Below are positions 57,302 to 64,000 of a stretch of 64,000 nt of DNA, piece after piece. The translations under genes and the position numbers were made by a program. Position 1 is the stretch's first letter; each line of letters opens with the position of its first letter. The notes below the pieces were generated by a model. That model saw only the letters and a program-made list of their open reading frames with translations. It was not told the origin of the DNA and did no database searches. The DNA comes from Candidatus Latescibacterota bacterium (GTDB lineage: Bacteria > Latescibacterota > UBA2968 > UBA8231): NCBI GenBank assembly GCA_964291625.2, contig OZ220089.1, positions 3,136,001 through 3,200,000 of the forward strand, in the 5' to 3' direction.

Positions 57302-58936
57302 ATGGCCTTTCCCTCCCATGGACTCGCCCACCGCTCCACGGTAACCGGACGCCGCGGTCTCGTGGCCGCGGCCCATCCACTGGCCTCCCTGGCGGGGGTC
57401 CGCATCCTGCTGGAAGGGGGCAACGCCATCGACGCGGCCGTGGCCACCGCCGCCGCCCTCAACGTGGTCGAGCCGTACATGTCGGGCATCGGCGGCGTCG
57501 GCTACATGCACATCTACTCGGCCCGCGAAGGCGAGCACAAGGTCTGCGACTACGTGGGCCTGACGCCGGCCGCCGCCGACCTCTCCCTCTACACCGAGCG
57601 CGGCCAGCAGTCACTCGGGCCCATGTCTCCTCTCGTCCCCGGCGCCTGCGCCGGCTGGATGGAGGCCCTGCGTCGTTACGGTTCCATGGACGCCGCCGCC
57701 GTCTTCGCTCCCGCCATCGAGCTGGCCGAGGGCGGCTTCCCGCTCACCGTCAAGAACGACTGGTTCTTCGAATCGTGCGCCGCGGGGCTGCGGCAGTTCC
57801 CGGAGTCGTCGAGGACCTACCTCGTGGACGGACGCAGCCCCGGTCCGGGGGGGGTCCTCGTGCAGCGGGACCTGGCGCAGACCTTCCGCACCGTCGCGGC
57901 GGAGGGCCCCGACGTCTTCTACGGCGGCGCCATCGGCGACGCCATCGCCGCCCACATGGCCGAGAGCGGAGGCCTGCTCACCCGGGAAGACCTGGCCGCC
58001 AACCAGCCAGCCTGGCTCGATCCCGTCGGCGTCGGCTACCGCGGCTGGACGATCTACGCGCCGCCGCCGCCCTGCCAGGCCGTGCAGTACCTGGAAACCC
58101 TCAAGATCCTCGAGGGTTTCGACATCGGCGCCATGGGCCACAACACGGCGGAGACGCTGCACACCTTCATCGAGGCGGTGAAGCTGGCCTGCACCGACCG
58201 CATCCACTACACCGCCATCGACGACCCGCCCACCGCGGGCCTGCTGTCCGAGGGCTACGCCGCCGGGCGGCGGCGCCTGATCGGCGCCGAAGCGGCCGTC
58301 CACGTGGGCGACACCTTCCAGCCCGACCCCCAGGAAGGCGAGGTCGGCGCCGGCGATCCGAGAGCGTGGATCAAGACGGAGTGCACCACCCACTTCGACA
58401 CGATCGACGCCGACGGCAACGCCGTGGCCTGCACCCAGAGCCTGGGCTCCGGCTTCGGGTCGGCCATGGTCGTGCCGGGCACGGGGGTGACGCTGAACAA
58501 CTTCATGAACTGGTTCGACGGCGTCGAAGGCAGCCCCAACGCCATCGGGCCGTCGAAGAAGAACGAGATGTGCGTCTCCCCGGCCCAGGTGTGGGACGCG
58601 GACGGCCTGCGCCTGCTCATCGGCACGCCGGGGTCGTACGGCATCCTGCAGACGACGCCGCAGATGATCATGAACGTCCTCGACCACGGCATGAACGTGC
58701 AGGCCGCCATCGAGGCGCCGCGCCTCAAGGCGACACGGACGCGCCGGGTCGAAGCCGAGTCGCGGGTCCCCGCGGAGGTGCTCGCCGAGCTGGAGCGCCG
58801 CGGCCACGAGATCCACCACCTCGGGGACTGGTCCCCCGGCGTCGGCGGCGGCCAGGGCATCCACGTCGATCCCGATTCCGGCGCCTTCATGGGGGGCGCC
58901 GACCCGCGCCGGGACGGCTACGCCCTCGGCTGCTGA
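57302..58936 (+). CDS. ggt: Gamma-glutamyltransferase family protein
   Basis: HPLASLAG...GGNAIDAAVA; EPYMSGIGG; nucleophile TTHF; GSGFGS; GTPG; GADPRRDG. Confidence 0.9.
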   Translation: MAFPSHGLAHRSTVTGRRGLVAAAHPLASLAGVRILLEGGNAIDAAVATAAALNVVEPYMSGIGGVGYMHIYSAREGEHKVCDYVGLTPAAADLSLYTERGQQSLGPMSPLVPGACAGWMEALRRYGSMDAAAVFAPAIELAEGGFPLTVKNDWFFESCAAGLRQFPESSRTYLVDGRSPGPGGVLVQRDLAQTFRTVAAEGPDVFYGGAIGDAIAAHMAESGGLLTREDLAANQPAWLDPVGVGYRGWTIYAPPPPCQAVQYLETLKILEGFDIGAMGHNTAETLHTFIEAVKLACTDRIHYTAIDDPPTAGLLSEGYAAGRRRLIGAEAAVHVGDTFQPDPQEGEVGAGDPRAWIKTECTTHFDTIDADGNAVACTQSLGSGFGSAMVVPGTGVTLNNFMNWFDGVEGSPNAIGPSKKNEMCVSPAQVWDADGLRLLIGTPGSYGILQTTPQMIMNVLDHGMNVQAAIEAPRLKATRTRRVEAESRVPAEVLAELERRGHEIHHLGDWSPGVGGGQGIHVDPDSGAFMGGADPRRDGYALGC

Positions 58937-59814
58937 TGGCGGGGTTCCACGTCGAGGCGGGCGGCGGCGCCGTCGACGTCTGGTGTGAGGACTGTGTCGC
59001 CAACATGGGCCGCCGCCTCGGCGCCGGCGGCGTCGACGTGGTGGTCACCTCCCCGCCGTACAACCTGGGCATCCGCTACAGCGGCTACGACGACTCCGGT
59101 TCGCGCCGGAAGTACCTGCGGTGGATGGGAGAGTGGGGCGCCGCCGTTCGCGAGGTCCTGAGCGACTCGGGCTCCCTCTTCCTCAACATCGGCGGCAAGC
59201 CCTCCGACCCCTGGGGCCCCTTCGAGGTCCTCCTGGAGCTGCGCCGGCACTTCGAGCTGCAGAACGTCTTCCACTGGGTCAAGTCGATCGCCATCGAGAA
59301 GGAGGACGTGGGCCGCTACCCCGGGATCGCGGGCAACGTGTCGGTGGGTCACTACAAGCCGATCAACAGCGGCCGCTACGTGAACGACTGCCACGAGTAC
59401 ATCTTCCACCTCACCAAGACCGGCGACGTGCCCCTCGACCGGCTGGCCGTCGGCGTCGAGTACCAGGACAAGTCGAACGTGGCGCGCTGGAACAGCGTCG
59501 ACGGCGACAGGCGCTGCCGCGGCAACACCTGGTTCGTCCCCTACCGCACGATCCGCAGCCGCCGTGACCAGCGGCCGCACCCGGCCGCCTTCCCGGTGAA
59601 GATCCCGCGCATGTGCGTGCGCCTCCACGGCCTCGAGCGGGTGCGCCGGGTCCTGGACCCCTTCCTCGGCATCGGCGCCTCGGCCGTGGCCTGCGTCGAG
59701 CTGGGCGTCGACTTCGCCGGCTTCGAGACCGATCCCGAGTACTGCCGGCATTCGCGCCGGGCCGTGGAGAAAGCGGCCGACATCGCCAGGCCGGGCGCGC
59801 CGGTACCGGGATGA
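58936..59814 (+). CDS. Orphan N4-cytosine/N6-adenine DNA methyltransferase (beta class)
   Basis: Motif IV VVTSPPYN precedes motif I VLDPFLGIG; HPAAFP; start overlaps the ggt stop (TGATG). Confidence 0.9.
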   Translation: MAGFHVEAGGGAVDVWCEDCVANMGRRLGAGGVDVVVTSPPYNLGIRYSGYDDSGSRRKYLRWMGEWGAAVREVLSDSGSLFLNIGGKPSDPWGPFEVLLELRRHFELQNVFHWVKSIAIEKEDVGRYPGIAGNVSVGHYKPINSGRYVNDCHEYIFHLTKTGDVPLDRLAVGVEYQDKSNVARWNSVDGDRRCRGNTWFVPYRTIRSRRDQRPHPAAFPVKIPRMCVRLHGLERVRRVLDPFLGIGASAVACVELGVDFAGFETDPEYCRHSRRAVEKAADIARPGAPVPG

Positions 59815-60938
59815 GCGGATCGGAGAGCGTGCTGCTCGTGGGGGGCTTCGCCCCCGGACAGTCCCTGTGGAGCATCCAGCAGGGGTTCGAGGCCGCCGGC
59901 CTGCGGGTGGTCCACGCCCCCAGCCGGGGCTGCATCGAGGCCCACCGGGAGCGGGACATCCTGCTCGCCGCGGAGGAGGCGGACCGCATCCCGGCGCCGG
60001 AGCGCTGGGACCTGCGCTACGCCGACGGCGGCGCCTTCGAGGAGGGGCTGGCCGGCCTGGTCCGGGAGCACCGCCCGGAGCTGCTGCTGTGGTGGTTCAG
60101 CAAGGACGACTGCCCCCCGGGCCTGATCGCCTCCCTGCGGCGGCGGTTCCCGTGGCTGAAGACGGTGACCCACACCCAGGACGACCCCTGGGACGCGCTC
60201 CGCCATCCCGAGTACTCCCGCGAGTTCGAGTTCGTCGTCACCTGCTGCAAGGAGAGCGTCGAGGTCTACGGCGAGAGGGGGATCCGGGCGATCGTCCTCT
60301 ACCCGCCGCCGGCCCGCCAGCTCCACGGCGTGGCCGAGCCCGCCCCCCACGAGGAGTGCGACTTCTCGGTCACCATCCTCTCCATCTACGCCCGCGGCGA
60401 CAGCGACGGGCAGGCCTACCTGACCTCGCCCGATCCGGTCGAGCGCATCACCCATCCCATCGGCTTCCCCGAGCAGCGGGTCCTGCGCCAGGACGTGGTC
60501 GACACCGTGGCCGCCCTGGGCCGCACCCACGTCTACGGCGGCCTCGGCTTCGGCACCTTCGCCGGCATCCCCCGGTCCTGCTACCGCGGGTTCCGCACCT
60601 ACCGCGAGCTGCCCGGGGTCTACCGGGCGGCGAAGATCAACGTCAACCAGCACAACTCGCCCCGCTCCCGCGGCTACCTGAACCAGCGCGACACGGCGAT
60701 CACCGGCTCGGGCGGCTTCATGCTCACCGACTACGTGGAGGGGATGGAGGAGGAGTTCGACATCGGCCGCGAGATCGACACGTGGGAGACGGTGGAGGAG
60801 CTGCGCGACAAGGCCGCCTGGTGGCTGCGCCACGACGACCAGCGCGAGGCGGCGGGCCGGGCGGCGCAACGGCGGGTCCTCGGCCGCTACGGCAACGACG
60901 CCTACGTGCGGCGGTTGCTGGAGTTCGTCCGGAGTTGA
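59811..60938 (+). CDS. CgeB-like GT-B glycosyltransferase (Glyco_trans_1_2)
   Basis: DDPW; Y..AKINVN...N.R....GSGGFMLTD...EEEF..G.E...EEL..K..W.L; ATGA overlap with the MTase. Confidence 0.78.
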   Translation: MSGSESVLLVGGFAPGQSLWSIQQGFEAAGLRVVHAPSRGCIEAHRERDILLAAEEADRIPAPERWDLRYADGGAFEEGLAGLVREHRPELLLWWFSKDDCPPGLIASLRRRFPWLKTVTHTQDDPWDALRHPEYSREFEFVVTCCKESVEVYGERGIRAIVLYPPPARQLHGVAEPAPHEECDFSVTILSIYARGDSDGQAYLTSPDPVERITHPIGFPEQRVLRQDVVDTVAALGRTHVYGGLGFGTFAGIPRSCYRGFRTYRELPGVYRAAKINVNQHNSPRSRGYLNQRDTAITGSGGFMLTDYVEGMEEEFDIGREIDTWETVEELRDKAAWWLRHDDQREAAGRAAQRRVLGRYGNDAYVRRLLEFVRS

Positions 60939-60979
60939 GCGGCCTCGGGAGGGCCGCCCGGATCAGTCCCGCCGGGGTC

Positions 60980-62029
60980 TCACCAGGTGTCGATGACGGT
61001 GAAGCCGACCGTGCCGAAGCCGGTCATCTCCGCCAGCACGCCGGCGGCGGCGTCGACGCTCACCGTGGAGCTCACCAGGCGCCGCGGCTCGAGCCGGCCC
61101 GAGGCGACCAGGGCCAGCAGGCCGGGATAGCCGGTGGTGGGACACCCGAGGCTGGTGACGAAGCTGATCTCATTGCGGATCATGTCGTCCACGGGCAGGG
61201 CCATGTGGCCCTCTTCCGCCTCCTCCTCCGGCGTCGACATGCCGATCTGCAGGTGACGGGCGCCCTTGCGCAGGCTGGCCAGACCGGGGAGGGCGGTCTT
61301 CGACGAGCCGAGGGCGTCGAGGCTGAGGTCGGCGCCGCCGCCGCTGAGATCGCGCACGGCTTCCGCGGCGTCGCAGTGGCGGGCGTCGACACCGGCGGCG
61401 GCTCCTTCCTCACGGGCGCGGTCGAGCTTGGCTTCGTCGATGTCCACGGCGATCACGCGGGCCCCCAGGGCGGAGGCGATCTGCACGGCCGAGAGCCCGA
61501 TGCCGCCGGCCCCGAAGACCGCCACCCACTCGCCGGGGGACAGCCGGGCGCGGTCGACCAGGCCGTGCCAGGCGGTCATGTAGCGGCATCCGAGGGCCGC
61601 GGCGCTGAGGAAGTCCACCTCTTCGGGCAGGCGCACGAGGTTGGCCTCGGCCGCCGGCACGCGCACGTAGCGGCCGTAGCCGCCGTCGAAGGTGATGCCG
61701 ATGACGCCGTTGGCCTTGCAGATGTTGGAGCGGCCGCCGTAGCAGTGACCGCAGCGGCCGCAGGCCATGTGGAAGGGCAGGGTCACGCGGTCGCCGGCGC
61801 CGAAGGAGCGGACCCCGGCGCCGACCTCCTCCACGACGCCGCCGAGCTCGTGGCCCAGCACCCGGGGCGGTTCCACCGAGGGCCAGTCGCCGCGCCAGGC
61901 GTGCCAGTCGCTGCGGCAGATCCCGCAGGCCTCGACGCGGACCACGGCGGATTCGGGGGTCGCCTCGGGCTCGGGCAGGTCGCGCACCCGCAGGGGGGCG
62001 CCGAATTCGGTCAGGACGGCGGCTCTCAT
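60980..62029 (-). CDS. Zinc-dependent alcohol dehydrogenase (MDR family)
   Basis: CGICRSD; GHELGG; CGRCGHC..G..NIC; GCRYMTAW; GAGGIG. Confidence 0.92.
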   Translation of the reverse strand: MRAAVLTEFGAPLRVRDLPEPEATPESAVVRVEACGICRSDWHAWRGDWPSVEPPRVLGHELGGVVEEVGAGVRSFGAGDRVTLPFHMACGRCGHCYGGRSNICKANGVIGITFDGGYGRYVRVPAAEANLVRLPEEVDFLSAAALGCRYMTAWHGLVDRARLSPGEWVAVFGAGGIGLSAVQIASALGARVIAVDIDEAKLDRAREEGAAAGVDARHCDAAEAVRDLSGGGADLSLDALGSSKTALPGLASLRKGARHLQIGMSTPEEEAEEGHMALPVDDMIRNEISFVTSLGCPTTGYPGLLALVASGRLEPRRLVSSTVSVDAAAGVLAEMTGFGTVGFTVIDTW

Positions 62030-62037
62030 GGCGGCTA

Positions 62038-62066
62038 AGGATACCCGCCCCGCGGTGGGCCGCCAA
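62038..62066 (-). promoter_or_regulatory. Sigma70-like promoter for the ADH gene (probably leaderless)
   Basis: TTGGCG-N17-TATCCT, 8 nt before the ATG; no SD. Confidence 0.55.
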
Positions 62067-62115
62067 GGAGACGACAGGATGGGCCGAAGGCGTTCGCCCC
62101 CGTGAAGCAAGCCCC

Positions 62116-63825
62116 ATGACCACTCTCGACTGGATCGTCGTCGCAGTCCTCAACGGCGGCATCGTCCTCTACAGCCTTGTCGCCTTCCGCCACAAGGGCG
62201 AGAGCTTCGACTGGTACCTGGCCGCCAAGTCGATGCCGTGGTGGGTGATCGGCCTCTCCGCCTTCGGCACCGCCGTCGACAGCGGCGACTACGTCGGCAT
62301 CGTGGGTGGCTCGTACACCCTCGGCCTGTCGCAGCTGTCGCAGTGGTGGCTGGGCATCGCCGTGGGGTGGATGGTCCTGGGCTTCTTCGTCATTGTGCCC
62401 ATGTACCGCTCCGGGGTGTTCACCAACGCCGAGTGGCTGGAGTTCCGCTTCGGGCCGGCGGCGCGGGTGATGGCGGTGCTGATCAACGTGCAGTCCCGCA
62501 CCAACGTCCTCGGGAACATCTACTACTCCATGTTCCTCGTCCTCAACGTCGTCGCCGGCCTGAGCCCGGGGACCTGCTGGATCGTCGTCGCCGCGGTGGC
62601 GTCGACCTCGGCCCTCTACCTCGTCCGCGGCGGCCTGCGCGCCGGCGTCCTCACCGACGCCCTGCAGAGCCTGACCATGATCGTCGCCTCCTTCGTCCTC
62701 TGGGGCTTCGTCTACTCCGCCGTGGGCGGCTGGGACGGCGTCGCCATGCGGCTGGAGGCGGTGGAGAGCGGGCTCTCCGACCGCCTGCTGCACGTCGGCG
62801 GCTACGGTCCCGAAGGCGTTCCGCCCGTCCTCGTCGTCTTCGGCTTCCTCGTGGTCCTCACCACGTACGTCCTCATCAACCAGTACGAGGCGATCCGCTT
62901 CCTCGGGGCCCGCTCCGAGTGGGACTTCAAGATGGCCGTCGTCGTCGCCAGCCTGGCCACCGCCGTCTGCCTGTTCTTCAACGTCACCCTCGGGCCGATG
63001 GCCCGGGCCGAGTTCCCCGGACTGGAGATCGTCGACGAGGCCTATCCGCGGATGATCGTCGAGTACCTGCCCGCCGGTCTCGTGGGCCTGGTGGTGGCGG
63101 GGCTCGTGGCCGCGGCCTACTCGACCTTCGACTCCATCGGCATCGGCATCTCCTCCCTCTTCGTGCGCGACATCTACGCCCGGTTCCTGGTGCGCCGGGG
63201 CAGCGACGCCCACTACACGAAGGTGGGGCGCATCTCGGTGCCCTTCATCCTCGCCCTGGGGTTCGCCTACGTCCCCTTCCTGGAGGGGGGCATGCTCCTG
63301 TTCTACCTGCGCCTGGCCGGCGCCATCGCCGTGCCGCTGATGACGGTGATCCTCATGGGCGTCTTCACCAGGGTCCACCGGGAGACGGGGATCGTCGGCC
63401 TGGCCGTCGGTCTGCTCTACGGTGCCTCGGCGATCCTCGGCGAGGCCCGCGGCTGGCCCCTGCCGGTGTGGTACACCGACCTGTGGTGGGCCTACCTGTG
63501 GAACCTGGTCCTGCCCGCGGCCAGCATGTGGCTCGTGTCCAGGGGGATCGACGCCCGCCGGGGCCGGCTGACGCGGGAGGAGCTGCGGGGGCTCGTGTGG
63601 TCGCGGGAGGACGACGATCCGTCGGAGCTGAGGAGGTCGATGGCCGGCCGCCTTGCACGGCTCGAGGGCACCTGGCTGCACCGGACCCTGGCCCGGGCCC
63701 CGGTGCGGCCCCGCTACCCCTTCCCCGCGGGTCCCGGCGGACCGGTGTGGTACCGCCGTCCGGGTCTGTGGGCGGGAGCGTATCTCGCCGTCGCCGTCTA
63801 CCTGCTCTTCGTCGTCCTCTGGTAG
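62116..63825 (+). CDS. Sodium:solute symporter (SSS) family transporter
   Basis: LDWIVV; YLAAKSMPWW; EWLEFRFG; GGLRAGVLTDALQ; GLVAAAYSTFDS; many TM helices. Confidence 0.9.
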   Translation: MTTLDWIVVAVLNGGIVLYSLVAFRHKGESFDWYLAAKSMPWWVIGLSAFGTAVDSGDYVGIVGGSYTLGLSQLSQWWLGIAVGWMVLGFFVIVPMYRSGVFTNAEWLEFRFGPAARVMAVLINVQSRTNVLGNIYYSMFLVLNVVAGLSPGTCWIVVAAVASTSALYLVRGGLRAGVLTDALQSLTMIVASFVLWGFVYSAVGGWDGVAMRLEAVESGLSDRLLHVGGYGPEGVPPVLVVFGFLVVLTTYVLINQYEAIRFLGARSEWDFKMAVVVASLATAVCLFFNVTLGPMARAEFPGLEIVDEAYPRMIVEYLPAGLVGLVVAGLVAAAYSTFDSIGIGISSLFVRDIYARFLVRRGSDAHYTKVGRISVPFILALGFAYVPFLEGGMLLFYLRLAGAIAVPLMTVILMGVFTRVHRETGIVGLAVGLLYGASAILGEARGWPLPVWYTDLWWAYLWNLVLPAASMWLVSRGIDARRGRLTREELRGLVWSREDDDPSELRRSMAGRLARLEGTWLHRTLARAPVRPRYPFPAGPGGPVWYRRPGLWAGAYLAVAVYLLFVVLW

Positions 63826-63853
63826 GGAAGGGCCGCCGGCGCCCGCGGCTCCC

Positions 63854-64000
63854 TCACCCGAAGGAGTGGGCGGCCATGCGGCCGTCGTCGAGGACGCAGA
63901 CCAGGTGCCGGCCGGCGGCCGTCAACCGCCGGACCTCGCCTCCCGTCCACAGCTCGCCCGTCACCTCGGCGTCCGCGTTCACCCGCAGCAGGCGGCCCCC
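63854..64000 (-). CDS. C-terminal end of a gene entering from the right edge (possibly beta-propeller)
   Basis: Open frame GGRLLRVNADAEVTGELWTGGEVRRLTAAGRHLVCVLDDGRMAAHSFG* with host-like codon usage. Confidence 0.55.
   Translation of the reverse strand, partial: GGRLLRVNADAEVTGELWTGGEVRRLTAAGRHLVCVLDDGRMAAHSFG

Overview
High-GC bacterial chromosomal segment with about 55 CDS and one tRNA-Leu(TAG). No rRNA, CRISPR array, integrase or transposase was seen. Two secreted proteins carry a C-terminal NYPNPFN (FlgD-Ig/T9SS-like) domain, and there is an LDL-receptor-like YWTD propeller protein and an alpha2-type GlyRS. These features point to an FCB-group organism such as Latescibacterota or Gemmatimonadota, possibly host-associated (inference). 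The core content is a long minus-strand run proC-hisH-hisF-proB-ftsB-recO-glyQS-tRNA-Leu-tig-clpP-clpX-engB-serA-purA-prpB-prpC-cupin, plus polB, carA, aroC, ltaE, ggt and a TetR-MFP-RND-RND-TolC efflux operon. There are two small accessory hotspots. The first (9.7-13.1 kb) holds an AAA_21 ATPase + DUF4276 pair, a decayed phd copy, and a Phd-PIN toxin-antitoxin module bracketed by a ~47-bp duplication of the host gene's RBS and first 12 codons. The second (48.6-49.9 kb) holds an AT-richer PLD/Zn-ribbon gene, an internally deleted ybjQ and a small TM/coiled-coil gene. Other notable items are a candidate trans-envelope thiol-redox cluster (DUF255-DsbD-alpha lipoprotein, DUF3179, permuted flavoprotein-polyferredoxin), a translationally coupled ggt-DNA methyltransferase-glycosyltransferase operon, a histone-H1-like/SWIB protein with an A10 tract, a TlpA with five 31-aa repeats, and recurrent leaderless promoters. 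All family calls come from motif recognition by eye; no database was searched.
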